A stretch of 63,674 nt of DNA, the filler included, from Choristocarpus tenellus KU-1152 (taxonomy: Eukaryota > Protista > Phaeophyceae): NCBI GenBank assembly GCA_964200185.2. It is 15 parts of 15 records of this genome, joined end to end, with 100 filler letters (N's around TTAATTAATTAA, not from the genome) between each part and the next. Parts side by side here need not be neighbours in the genome. Positions count along the whole stretch, not along the records: positions 9,447 to 14,020 come from CAXNAD020013955.1; positions 14,121 to 19,356 come from CAXNAD020011398.1; positions 19,457 to 24,639 come from CAXNAD020011589.1; positions 24,740 to 27,587 come from CAXNAD020024220.1; 11 more parts are not named here. One strand, written 5' to 3'. The notes beneath the pieces are model-generated. The model did no database searches. It had not been told where the DNA came from and worked only from the letters and a program-made list of their open reading frames with translations. This document shows positions 13,014 through 26,622 of the stretch, piece after piece. How positions within the stretch are numbered: position 1 is the stretch's first letter; each line of letters starts with the position of its first letter. Made by a program: the position numbers and the translations under genes.

Positions 13014-14387
13014 TACCAAATGTAGGAGAAGGTGTTTCATACCCGCTACCCAATTCTTAATTTTTCCCAATTACTGGTCAAAGCATAAACCTCAACAGCC
13101 TCTCTTTCCAATTCTTCATCCTTCAATGAATGTACAGAGATATTACTTATCTAAGGGGTATTTCCCTTCCCCGGCTCCACACACAAAGGAGGGGTGAAGG
13201 TGCGTTTATGTGTTTCACAGATCTGAGCAATAACCTTGAAACTCAAAAACTTTCAAACAAACCCACTTTCAGTTACTCTGACTCGTTTTTTAAAGGGTTA
13301 AAGGTTAAACAAGAGTTTAGTTATATTACTAATAGTGGTTGATTACATTGTTCTGTGGACTTAGGAGTATATCCATTGACCTACAAACACAACACAGGCC
13401 CACTGACGTATGCGCATGGTCCTAAGTTTACAAAAATGAAGTGTTGAATCTGTCCATGAACAAGAGATATTCATTCTTGACCAAGTGGCGAATTGATGGC
13501 AACACAAATACGAGTGTGGGCTACCGCTTCCACCAGTTAACCGAAGCACTTTGGTTCGCCCTGCAGAGGGGCTTGGCCCTTGTATGCGTACAAGTAAGTG
13601 AGGAGACTGACCCCTATTTGGCGAATCTGGAAATGGAGGAGAAAATAAGAACACATTTCCCGCTTTTGTAAATCAGGAGTGTATTTGTCCACTGAGTTAC
13701 ACAACACACCTATCTGCTGTGTGGTGTTGTGTGAATCTAAAGCAATTACGAGTGTACGTTCAATCAGCTCAATTCTTTTATGCATTTGATTATAGTCGAC
13801 ATGTACATCCTCCGCACATATTTAGGCATTTTTTTCGCACCAAGCTCTATGAGCAGATTGCATGACACGCATTCGCAGGAAGAAATGCAGTAGAAAAATC
13901 CCCCAAAAGGAAAATGGTATCACAACAGCGTTAGGCATTCAAAACGCCACCTACATAGAACAGCCGATTTCAAAAATTGAGGATGGAGCTTTTCATTGAG
14001 GACGGACTTGACCCAAAATTNNNNNNNNNNNNNNNNNNNNNNNNNNNNNNNNNNNNNNNNNNNNTTAATTAATTAANNNNNNNNNNNNNNNNNNNNNNNN
14101 NNNNNNNNNNNNNNNNNNNNCAGATACATTGACCCTCTGTGGGCTGTCCTGCGGACCCTCATGACTGTCCACGTCGTCGAAAGGACATGAAAAGTACCAA
14201 ATTGACACACACTAAACAGGCAAGAGGAACTAGCAATGTGGGCAGCCCACAAGCATAATTTGCTGTAAGCATAAGCATTCCCCACCCCACCAAAACAAGA
14301 TCACAGCAGCATGGCTAAAACCCCCCCAAAAAATGAAAATATATTTTTATTAGTGGAGTATGTATTCATATATTTGCCCGTGCTCAC

Positions 14388-17108
14388 CTTTGCAATAACC
14401 ACCCACCCTGCTCAACCCCTGCCCCAACCCCCACCACGTTTTTCATTGCCACAACCAACACACGAAGGATGCTTGGAACTTGCCGCCTCAACTCCACCTC
14501 TCTCATAACTCCTCCACCCTCTGAGCCTTCTGTTCCCTCCCTTAAGATCCGATGTATGTGGTCCAAAACTGGTGTAAGCCATCCATCAGCTTCAACTCCC
14601 CCACTCCCACCTTCCCGTCTGGAGGCTGCAACACACCTTGTTGATGCCACCACAAGTCCACAAAGACCCATGTTAAGGGACTCCAGTTGCTGGAGTTGTT
14701 CCTCCTTTCCTTTATCCTGCAACTCCCCCTCCATGGGTCGGAGTGGAAATACCTCCAGAACCAGAGGCACAAACTGGCTTAGCCAAAGAATGATCCCTTC
14801 TGAACTGGAAAACTTTCCCCCTGGGTTGCCAATGTTGCTGTGACGGTCAACAGTTAGGATTGGCCAAGTGGCCATCCACGACGGATTCCTGACCACTTGC
14901 AGAAGAACATCAACAACACATTGTAGCAGTCCAAAATCCAGAGGCTCAGACACTATGGCCTCCATCCACACCTCACGCACCTTCTCCAGGAGGAGGGGTA
15001 GGGCAGCTCCAAGTGCCTCTTCCGCTTGGCCGATAGACCTGCTGCTATTACCCCTAGACATTCCCCACCCTCCACCCCCCTCTGGTACCAATTTGTGCCC
15101 TGTTTGCCTGAGAAGCAGAACACCATTCCTATGCGAGCCTTGCCTGAAGTTCAAATTGACAACAGCTTCAGGAGTAAGAGCAGCCCGTGTGGGGGGTACA
15201 GTAGGGTCCCCTTGAGTAGGTGTGGTCATAGATCCACTGCAGGTGGCCCCTGCGACTGCTCGTAGTAGCTCTACAAGACTCTTGAGTGCTTTGGCCCTGC
15301 CCACCTGTTTCTTTGAGGAAGGGTCTGCAGCCAACAATACTGCATAGTTGGGTGCCAGTCGGTCTGCCCTAACAGCAACGATTGCTGGAAAGTGAGCTAA
15401 GAGGAGGGCAAGTAGGGCCAGGCTATCGCGCCGCACAGCCTTGTGTAGGCTGGTCATGGCGCTAACTACATATGCCATGTAGAGGTCAGCAAAGGGAGTA
15501 AATGTTGGGGTGGTAATGTGCCCAAGCAAGGACCCCTGGTATGACAGAAGGGAGCTTCAGAACAAGAGAGGGATGCGGATTTCAAAACGGGGGATTGGAG
15601 GTATGTGTAAGGTTTCATGCAGACAGTTCTCAATGGAGTCAGGTTGAGGGGCAACAGGGGGTGAAATAGTTTGTGTGTTTAGGGGAAATTTTTAAGGACT
15701 CATTTACAGGTTTGGCAGCGGCAGCGGATTGTAAATCATCACGTCATGATTTTTACTCAACTACCCAGACTGTGGTGGTTGGAACATGAGTTCATTATGT
15801 AGAGTGGAAATGCTTGTGGTAAACATCACTCTGTCAGCCACAGTCTATAGCTTGCAGGAAGGATTGGGTCCTTCAACAGACCATACCCACAATGGAAGGT
15901 TGTAAAGAACACTCGGGTGGCACATAATTGATTAGTGCTAGAGGTTATTACTACTCTTCTGAGGGAGGTTGCTTCCATAGAAAGAGCAGTACACTAATGA
16001 CCGAACGATAGGTGTGTACTTGTCATTATAGGATTTTCATCTTCCTCTACCTAAGTTATCTCTGCATCTGGTAGCCAGGAAGGGGAAGGCAGAACTCCCC
16101 TACATACCTTTCAAGATTTACTGCATCCTCACCTTCTGACTTCATCTTCGACGCAAACCGCCAGCTCCAGGCTGGGCTCAGCTATTCTTGCGAAATTGGC
16201 TTCGGCAAAGCCAGGGTACTTCTCCACCACACTCTTGAGGCCCGCAAGTGCTTCACACTTGCTAGAGGGACTGTAGTGTCGCAACTGGACAAGAAGCTCC
16301 TACAAGTAGCGGGGTCAGGTTGAGGGGGAACGGGTGTGTTCAGGAATGTCGCAATGGGCAACGAAGAAAAAGGTAACGACCTACTCCCTCATTGACATGT
16401 ACACTACCTTGGTTGATCCCGTTCCATGAAATTAATTACACTCAAATGCTATAGAACGTGCGAACGTGATGCCATCTTCACGTTTCGGATGAGTCGAGCT
16501 GGGGTACCTACTGTTTACTTTTTGTGGAGTTACACAACCCGTCAAAAGGGCTGAAGGCCTTTTGGCACCTCAAAGAACAGCAACTTTTGCACCTCCTGGA
16601 AGGATCCTGACCATGGTGGGTCTAGCATACCTGCACGCTCTGCCCCCTTGCTGTGACTGCATTGCTGTCACCAAGGTCGGAGAGGATACTCTGTGCTGTG
16701 ATGAAAACTCGCTTACTCTTGAACGATGTGTCTGTGTGACTTGCCGGCTTGAGTGCCTTCTTGCCAACCTGATTTCCGTTAGTGCGCCGGAGTCATGCAC
16801 ATATGTCATCGCAAAAAAATACTGGGTGGGCTGCTGACTGTTGTCCTTCAGGTACATCCCCGTCCTACGGAGTCTGGCTGGGAGGGGGCTTGTCTGAGTT
16901 ACACAGCTATCAATAAAAGAGAGCGAACTTAAATTCGATATCATATCAAACGTCACAGCAAAAACGCCTGAGGGATACAATGGTTGCTGACTTCGAGGAG
17001 GTGTTGAATGGACGAGAAAGCTGCCAAGGCACTCACCTTGGCCTTGATCCGTTTAAAATCAGAGCTTCCTCCCTTAGACTTCTTCCGTAAAAAGTTAGAC
17101 TTGGGCAT
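14388..17108 (-). CDS. IPI1: IPI1/TEX10 homologue (Rix1 complex, pre-60S processing); exons 17108-17037, 16768-16631, 16299-16133, 15554-14388; 3' part probably continues
   Basis: Spliced translation MPKSNFLRKKSKGGSSDFKRIKAK|VGKKALKPASHTDTSFKSKRV...|ELLVQLRHYS...EALAGLK...|...FTPFADLYMAYVVSAMTSLHKAVRRDSLALL matches family N-terminal and Ipi1_N motifs; GT-AG sites with consistent phases. Confidence 0.9.
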
Positions 17109-17623
17109 ACTTCAGTGGTATGGCCAGTGGTTGCAAAACCTCGACTATATATCAAGCAGAGTCCCTTCTCTAACTTTGTGATCCATCTGTTGTTACAATT
17201 TAAAGTTGTGTTGATTTAAGTACCTCATAGTGTCACAAAGTAGAGCGTTACTGTTGGGAAGTAAAAGAGGATCAAGTTACCTAGTTGGTGTATCTATATA
17301 AAAGAGGTTGATATAAGAGAAAACGTGATATAAGAGAGTTTTTTGTGCTTGCCCCTACCCTCTCTTATATACTCACATGAACTATATTGGTATTGTTATA
17401 GATGGCCAAAAAGGAACAGTGTATTAAATTGGGACAACCTGGCCTTAAAGTCGGCCGCTCATTACCACTATTGTAGTTTCAACCAAATCCGTTGACCTTT
17501 TTGGACAATATATCATAATACTCCAAATCAGATTGAGAAGTTGTGTTAGAGATGCATTAAGGTTCACTACAGGAGACCCCCATTCAAGTACGGGTAGAGG
17601 TCTGGATTTCAGGACTAGCTATC
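17109..17623. promoter_or_regulatory. Putative bidirectional promoter (515 bp)
   Basis: Divergent ATGs at 17108 (-) and 17624 (+); clustered ATATAAGAGA motifs. Confidence 0.5.
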
Positions 17624-18926
17624 ATGGGAGACATCAACTTCGTGGGACTTGCGCGCTCTCCTGCCCGAAAGCCTACTGGTGGATACTATTCATCTCCAAG
17701 CAGAACCCACAAGTCCTTGCTGGTAAAGAGGGGGGCTCTGGGAACAATAGACATAAACAAAGTCCACAATGCGCCGCCAATCATTTCCCCCCTGGAGAAG
17801 ACCACCGCTAAAGAGGCGCTTTCAGCTTCTATTGCGGGTGAGGCTAAGCCCCAGCGAATGTCGCGGGCGCTCAAAATGTCTCCAGTCGAAGCATCCAAGG
17901 ATGACAAGAGTGTGAGATTGATGCTTCCATCCTCCACTCCAGAGTGTGCGCCTTCACATAAGAGGTCGCTCTTACCCAAAAGCATCACGAGAGATGCCGA
18001 GAACTCGTGGAGAGAGATAGCGGAAACACCCAGATTCTACTCACCCAGTAAATCTAGCTATTACTCTGAATGGAGCGACAGGGATTCGATTGAAGGTTGC
18101 GGAGTGAGTGGTATTTTCTCATCGACATCGACCCCACCGTCAAAAACAGCGAAGACACCGTGCAGCAGACCCACTAGACCCACCTCAGTCCGTCGCAGGG
18201 GGAGGACACCGGTGGAAGTAACAATGTCACGGCTGCGGGCTGACTGTGCGTCTAGTCGGCCAAGCCCAGGGTGGGGTTCCCCTCTTATCCCTGAGGAAGA
18301 CTCGTCCCTGAGGTTCGAGAATGACCAACACACAGACAAGGGTGCTGGGGATACAACAGGACAAGGCACGAGAGAAGAAGGAGACGGGTATTATAGCCCC
18401 CGAATTACACACCCTGATGAGACCCTGACGGTAGTGAATGATGCAGCCCGTGTTAAACCCAAAATGTCCCAGCAAAGCGAGACTAGTCCTGAGACCCGCA
18501 TTCCCAGTTTCATTCCATGCTGTAAGGCAACTGCAACAATGGGGTCTGGTGCCACCGACACAAGTCTGGGTCAAGTTGTTGAGGAATCATTCCCCCCAGA
18601 GCAAGTGAGGAAAAAAAATAAAGACTTCCTATGCTGTCCTGTAGCTGTAAATGTTCTTTCACGAGGCCTTCAGCCAAAATCTCCGCCATGTCCCTTCCTT
18701 GACAGATATTGTTGTGTTTTCCTTGACAACTTTCTCATTCTCAAAGGTCATAGAGCAGAGCAGCACGTCACCTTACACTGGAATAGCTGCACTTCCTGGG
18801 GGTAGGGAGTTGAACATCTCGTTGACACGGGAGCCTGCCCGACCATCTCTTGCAACCCTTCTTGAAATGGCTGATGGGACTCCACGAGCTTTGATCAGGT
18901 GCAGCACCTCTGCCAAATTCACCTAA
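17624..18926 (+). CDS. Unknown Ser/Pro/Thr-rich protein; exon 1 17624-18604, probable exon 2 from 18747
   Basis: 393-codon ORF; CAA|GTGAGG donor and ttctcattctcaaag| acceptor, both phase 0; no recognisable domain. Confidence 0.7.
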
Positions 18927-19773
18927 TACACACCAACAGAGGAATGGCAGCATAACACTCCTTAATACCTGTAGCCAGTTAAGCATCAAGTAGAGTTTTT
19001 TTTCTCCAGTGCTTGACGTTTGCCAATCCCTCTTGTGCTCTTTCTATTTCTCATTACAGCCGGAATGTACAGCTCTTGTTTTTATTCTGTATACATTTAC
19101 AGCTGTACATTTTCTTGTTTCTTCAACTAGGCCAATATATTACCTACTGTACATCTTGTTCCCTGTTTGTCTTACCCCCTTACGGTAGTACCACTCCTAT
19201 TCCTGATAACCTCGTTCTACAAACATTGATATTGCATCCCCTCCCTTCGTCTTTAGACGAGAAAGATGTGTGCCCATGTCATGCATGACGAAAACAACAT
19301 TGGTTTCAACATTTCATAAAGACAGGTATCTACCATTCCCCCTCTCCCCCTCCTCCNNNNNNNNNNNNNNNNNNNNNNNNNNNNNNNNNNNNNNNNNNNN
19401 TTAATTAATTAANNNNNNNNNNNNNNNNNNNNNNNNNNNNNNNNNNNNNNNNNNNNCCCCCCTCCCAGATACTTTGGGTCATCACTGCTTTTCAAAATAA
19501 CCACTATTGATATACATATATATATACTGCCCTTAGCTCAACTTACATAGTACATACTTTGGAGTACAAACAACTCATAACCTCAATTCCTCAGAAGTCA
19601 CTAGTCACCCTTTCCCTCCACCATCCGGATCCTCAAGCAACGATATAGTTTCCACTTATACGCCCTCTCCAATCATATGTCATTTCCTCCTTAGATGTGT
19701 CATTCAACTTTGTGGACAACTCCACAATTCTCATAGCCTTGTACCTGTCTTATGACCCTGTGTGCATATGAAG

Positions 19774-21854
19774 GACACGGGGTTATACCAAACGAGGACT
19801 AGAGGTAGACCTGAACGGGCAACAGCATGTGCCAGTGCTCGGGCAAGAGACTAGACGGAGCGTCCAAGCACAAGGCCCATATGAGACAGAGAGACTTGAT
19901 GCAGCTGCTGAGCAGGTGCTGAATCGCCTCAAACGGGTAAGGAATCTCCACAAGGCAATGCCATTACATGCAGCACTCCTGAGCATATATATGAAAGTTG
20001 CAGGCATTAATTACTCTTTTCTATCCCTCCTCACCCTCCTCCATGCCACCCAAGCAAGCCCACAAGCTAACCTCGTACCCCTTTTCCATTGTGCAATGAT
20101 CCGTGGCGGAAGGTGGGACCCCGAGAATTCCATGCAGGTTACAGAGTCCACAAAAGTCCCTACGAGGGTGGAATTAATACCGGTTCTCCCTTCATGGATT
20201 GGTGGAAGAATCCTTATCTTGTGCGAGGCATTCCTAAGAACCAGGCAGAGCTCAGCAAGCCACTGAAAGAGGTATGCATTTTTTAAAATCCATGTATACC
20301 ACATCTCTCCCTTGCAGCACAGGCGTATTTCAATGAAATTATGAACTGAGCAATTGTCTTGATTGGGTGATGAATGAGAGGTCACCACCGAAAAGATACC
20401 CCTTCCTCAATCCACAAGTAATATCAAGGCAACATAATCCATGCACTCCAGGACATCTTTGTGAACTTTGCAACTTCTCTGTTCTCGCTCCTGACTTTGT
20501 CTACCTCATTACCCTCACCCCTCACACATCACCCCAAAATGTATTTTACCCCCATTCTCCATTTCCTGCGTTGTTCATCATGACAGAGTTCCCTTGGGAA
20601 ATACCCAGCAAAGCCATACTATATTGCAGTTGGTGGCAACAAGTCCGCAGTGTTGCCAAATGGACGGTTTGATGTCATTCTTGAGGCGGAGCAAACTGGA
20701 GGGGTGATCCGAAATGCACTTGGGCGTTCCAGACGGTCAGTCAAATCGGGTACCTGGTATTCATATTTGTGCTGTATAACAAACTCTTCCCGTGAGATCA
20801 AATTGTGCCACTTGAGTGGAGACTTGTTGCCCCATGACTACAATTGTTTTTTTTGGCGCCGCTCATTGTACCTTACACCAGTGCTGTTACATTGTCCAGC
20901 GTACTCCGAAATTGTATTCTTTGTCCAATGCTGTGCAATTTGAAATATTTTTGTTCTCTAAACGACATGCACATTTCTATGTGCCCACAGAAGGAGGAAT
21001 TTTCTTGGGGCTCCAAGCCAACTCAATCACGCATGTTTCCCTGTCTGTTCTCAATCCTGAATATAATCATTGATAGGCCACCTGTTGCAACATACATCTT
21101 CATTGTGCCAACCTGACAACCTGAGACAAGAATGCCACCTATACAACAAGAAAGCACAGCCCACTGGCAGGAGTCAACTCCAACCCTGTAATAGTGACAA
21201 GCACCGAACCGAGCCTACACAAAACTACTCCTTTTTTTCACTGGTTTGTCACAAGTCGCCATAGCCCTTATGTCAAATGATACTCACTTGACAACAGTTT
21301 CGATAATGGGACTGCCCAAGGCCCCATGCCAAGCTGGGTGTAGGACTTGCCTTTCCTCAAGCCAAAAACAACTTTGGAATAGTGCCACATCTATTCCTCT
21401 AAATTCTCTCTGACCTCCTTTATTGACTACTTCTCCCTGAAACAAAAATGCATAGATACGGAGTGCCAGACACATGTGATGTGGACGACCAGGTCTACCC
21501 TGGATCGACACTTGCCCACCCCCACCTTCCTGTCCCACCAAAAAAGCCTCCTTTGTTCAGCACGGCATGAGTATTGAGGGAGTTCACATCCCATACACGT
21601 TCAGCCTGCTCAACTCTATGTACATCAAGCTTGGAGAGAAACGACAAATAGCTGGCATACAAGACCTCTCACAATATATATGCACCGAGGCACAAACCCC
21701 CCATCACTACTCAGTGTCTATCATGGTTGCTGGTGACAGAGGTGATGAGGGTGTGGAAGGAAAATTGGGATTTGATGGACTCAGCACGCCCATGCTCTCC
21801 ACAAGGGTCGATGCTGAAGGTGTAAGTTTGCAACCTTGGGCAGATTTGAAATGA
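19774..21854 (+). CDS. Unknown multi-exon gene fragment (exons about 19774-19936, 20113-20271, 20587-20735; possibly 21559-21854)
   Basis: Three consecutive AG/GT-bounded segments join in frame (...EQVLNRLKR|VGPREFHAGYRVHKSPY...KPLKE|SSLGKYPAKPYYIAVGGNK...); the link to the last ORF is unresolved. Confidence 0.55.
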
Positions 21855-24532
21855 CTAGATTCTGTCCAGGTCGAGCCAAGGCCATTTAGGTTGATGTCTA
21901 CCAGACTAGGGTGATCGAGGCTGGAGGTTTTTATGTACATAACCCTATCACGCTATGGAAGAGTGGGCAGGGAGATCAAGGGGGAAGAAAAAATTGGTGC
22001 TCGGATATTGAAAGGAGGGGCGAGTTTGATGTAGTTCTGAGAGAACAGGACAACTACAGGGAGAAGTGGCTGTTGTTGGGATGTCGCTCCCTGCGCTGCT
22101 CCAAGAGAGGATGCACAGGAATGAGACGAGTGCCTGCATGTGACATTGGCCTGAACAGTTCGAGTGACTGGAAAATGAGTTAGAGCTGATTTGGTTTGTT
22201 TCTTTTGATCATTTTCGGGGTGTCCAACGTGTGGAGTATTTCTTTACCCAGAGCCTTGATGAGATAGACAATGTACTTCTTTTTGTTCTTCTTCAGTGAA
22301 TTTCACTTGGTGATGACTGTATGTACAGGAAAATCATGCGAGGAGTGTAGAATGTTCTTTTCTGCTATTACGGTTCAGAATTTATTATGTCTTTTCTCCG
22401 CACCAAAGGAGTTAGTTGTGCGTTACTGCAGTACGGCTACAAGAACAATTGGAGTAGGTTAGTGTGACATCCTATTGAGGAAGATCTGGAAGCACAAAAT
22501 GCAATCTAAGCACCATGATTTTAGATCCCTACATGCCATGTGAGATATTCTACTCTACCCGTTCAAAGTATGTAAGTTTGGTATGTGTTATTCTTTAGTT
22601 CTCGGTAGCCTTAAAACTATTTTTTCGTTCCTCGTCCATTTTTTTTCGTTAACACTGTGTTTATGTTGGTCCGTTTTAATCCAGGATAGATACTTAACGA
22701 TCACTCTAATAATAGTATAACAACATACTGGAGTATATATTGAACTGGACAAATACCTGTTCCTTTTACCTAAGCCACGATCTTTGACAAATTTCAAGTC
22801 ACACATGACCCTGACAATAACAGTTATCCCCTGTGTACTTGCCAATTTTTCTTGATAGGAAAAACCACAAAGAGGACAAGACAGCAACAAGAAGCGAATA
22901 TTTTTTTGCTTCCAGCAATGGGAATAAGAGGATCTTTCTGAAGTTAGCTGTCCTTAAATTATGTCCTGCCCGTATACCACTTGCCAGCCCAATGATACCG
23001 TACTTTTCAAGAAGAGGGAGGAAATACAACAATCATTGTTCGTGCCCTTGAGCATAACATAAGTCTTAAAACAACAGGACTATCTTCAACTCGTGGACCA
23101 CCTGAAACCATTGGTCGCCTCCAAATATGGTCTGCCCTATGACATGCATGCATTAAGGCATCTTAAGACCCTCATGATTGTCAAAAGCACGCCATTGCCA
23201 ATCAAAGCGTACCTTCAGAGTACATGCATATTGATTCCTTTACGTCACCACTGGATCTGGAAACATACAGAAGGGACTGACTCCTCACACTTTCTCACAA
23301 CCTATATACCTTGTACTTCAATCTTTATCTTGCTCCTTCTTGTTATAGTGGTTTGTTTACACAATAGGGGCACAGCTTTCAGTCACCTGAACAGGAAATG
23401 TTGTTGCTGGGCTTGTTCCTGGTAGGATGTTTCTGTTTAGTGGAAGTCTAGATACTATTATATCAACAGATTCGAAGTTGACAGGAGGATTAATCATCGT
23501 GTAAATCAGCGGGCGTCAATAGATGGAAAGAGAACCGTATCGATAGAGCGATGGACTCAAAGACACTAAAATAATTGGGTTAGCAAAAATAGTAAATAAA
23601 TATGATGTAATGATAGTGATAATGACGATGATGGTGGACTTACGAGTCACAGGAAGATTTGTGGTCAAAATTTAAGGGAGAATCTACAAAGGGAAGGTGG
23701 GGGGTGAAAACATCCCTAAAGTCTTGGGCAGTCTATTTGAAAGCATGCCAATCGGAGAAGTGGATTTGTAAATAGTGCTGGTGATCAGTCCACCATCGTT
23801 GTGAACCATGCCACACAATATCCTCTCTCTCGATTAGTTAGAAATTGTGTCCTCTATTGGTCAGTAATGTTTCTACCCCTTTCTGCTTCCTCGAGCAAGC
23901 TATATTACCCTTACCATCTATGTTGAAGACAGTCAAGTAAGAAGTAGAGATAATATCAAAAATGATAATTACTAGTAAGTCGTTTCCTAATATTATACCA
24001 CTTGGAGTATACAATGTCAACACCTTTGCATCATCCATCCAGTGTACTAGGATCCTTCTCAAAAGTATATTGAAAGTGGTCTCAAATTTCAAAAGGACAT
24101 TTTAGGAACTAGGCACGAATGCATGTCATTGCGCTGAAGTATATTGTTCATCTTCCCATCATATACCACCACTATTACCACTACTGTGGTATTGTTGAAC
24201 AATACTTTCCGCACAAAGCCTGTTAGTAGTTACACCATACAAAGTGCTTCAAAGTATGTTCAGTGAAATACGGCAGAATACAAGGTATTGTGTAATCTAG
24301 TTTCAGGTAAAACGGTACATACAGAGTTTCTATATCTCTAGAAACAATTCCGATGTAGCAGGAAGGGCAGAAGTATCTGAAACTTCTAAGTAACTTGGGA
24401 GGGGGGGGGTCTACACCAGGGTGCCCATTCGGGCCCTGACCAGGAAAGGTGCACTTAGATTATCCATCTGATGCATGCAACCAAATCACCCAATAATCGC
24501 GACAGGGAAAAATGGACCCAGAATGGACAGCC

Positions 24533-24577
<45 letters not shown>

Positions 24578-25039
24578 CCACCCCCCCCCCCCCCCGCGGG
24601 GAGAGAGGGGGGAGGGGCGCGGGGCGGGGCGGATCAAAANNNNNNNNNNNNNNNNNNNNNNNNNNNNNNNNNNNNNNNNNNNNTTAATTAATTAANNNNN
24701 NNNNNNNNNNNNNNNNNNNNNNNNNNNNNNNNNNNNNNNGAAAATTGACGCCGACCCCCCCCCCCAGATACTTTGGCCCTTCTTCATTCCTTTTCTTTTC
24801 TTTTCAGTGCTCTAGTCAGTTTTTCTGCACACATATTTAATCTATTTCCCATTGATACCTGTGTTGTTTTGATACCTGCATCAAACCACATAGGGGGGGG
24901 GGAGTTGATGTGAGAGCTATCTTCCGCAGAAGGTATACCCCAAGGAAGATTTTTTTGTTCACACGTCCATATTTTATGGATGTATCGTGGAGACACTAAA
25001 ATGTTACCCATCAAAATCTTAAACAAAATGGGGCAGCCT

Positions 25040-26622
25040 ACACCGATCCATGATTCTGACCCTGAAGCCCTCAAAAACTCCATTCAAGCATGATATTTGC
25101 TGCATTCACCCAGTCATTCGGGGGGAGCTTGCCTGCCTTCTCAGCCTTTCCCCTGCTAAGATGAGGAATTATGAAGACGTTGTCACCCTTGGACCCGAGC
25201 ACTTCACTGTAGACTGTGAAGAGGCTCTGCCAGACACACTCTGATATCTCCTGGGGGGTACACATCAAATGCCTCCATTGTGGCTTCCACCAGGTTCTCT
25301 AATTGGTTACCCCTACGTCTTCCTTCAGTTGCTGGATGGAATGAAATGATCCCAGGTTGTTGACGTTGTGGTCAGGTGAGTTTGCTGGCTGTGGTCTCCA
25401 TGAGAATATTGTCCCCTGTCACCTCCTCAATTGCCTCCATGATCCCCCCCTTGGTGTGTGGCTTTGCCCTATCCTGCTATGCAAAGATGGCGTATCCTTC
25501 CGGCCTAGGTATGCGGGCCTTGATTGTCAGGATGGCATGCTTGATCATGAGCTTCTTATACCTCTCTCCATTCACAGTGACTGGCACAAGCACCCTGGTG
25601 CCCTTGGGACCGTGTTTGCTGGAGTGCTGAGCGACCTTAGTGTCCACAACTGGCCAGATTCCTATTTTCCCATAGAATCACATCCCCTTGGAGACCTTCC
25701 TAGGATGAACCACAGCTGCAAGGAGCATCATTTTCGTAATGTAACGCTTATTTTGTGTCTGTGGGGATTTGGGGAGGTCCTCAGTGGGGTGCAGGTACAA
25801 ACCTTGCCCATCTTTGAGGATGTAAAACCAGTTCTCATCCACATACACCCAGTCATATAAATCGTCCACTAATACCCCACTTCCTCCCCTCCTGTGTGTG
25901 TGGCTGATGATGAAGCCAACCCTGTCGACTTTCTACTGGACTGAGAGGACTGGAATAATCCACCGCTTGACCTTCTCATGCTTGAATAGATCCCACAACG
26001 AGACAAGGGAGACTCCTGTTTTGGTCGCCCATTTACAGATGTGTGATGTACCGATGGGACATCCCAAACGTCAAGGAACTTGTTCGGCGCCCACACCACC
26101 CCTTGCAACTTTGTACAAGGTCCATGCATTCACTCCTTGCGATTTGGCTGTCATACTCCTTCAGATGACAGAACACAATGATTTGGGAAATTCCGAAGTC
26201 CTCTATGATGGTCACCGCCATCCCTTGAGGCATTCAAGTCTTGTGCCCTCCTGCCACCATGCTGTTCTTCATCGGGGTGCTTGAGTCTGGACCCTGGACC
26301 AACTTCTGGACCAAAGAATTTGGACAGATGGGCGAGGACGGGATGAGCGAGCCGCTCAAACAATGGGGGGCCCTTGTCCTAGGCATCCCAATAAATCCCC
26401 ACCATGAAAGTTTCACAAGGTTTTTGAACCCTGTCAAATGCAACTTGATCAACTTTGCACAGGTGATCCTCTACAATCATGACAGCCCACCATCTCAAAC
26501 TTTGCACGCCTCCCAGTCTATATGAGAACTAAGCCTCTTCCAAAAGGTTCATCATGTGGGTCATTCCCGGTCAAGAATAGAGCTTGCAAAGTTATGTTAC
26601 GTTAAATTCCGAATAGAGGACG
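25040..26622 (-). mobile_element. Decayed mariner transposon (about DD37D spacing), paralogue of 6425-8266
   Basis: WVYVDENWFY, YITKMMLLAAV, GKIGIWP, QDRAKPH and QPANSPDHNVNNLG; stops and frameshifts; 5' end TA|CGTCCTCTATTCGGAA. Confidence 0.88.

Noticed and set aside
24471-24695. Poly-Pro/Gly ORFs (also 37278-37633)
   Set aside because: Translations of C/G homopolymers at contig ends, the first within a MITE-B end; likely inflated by sequencing error.
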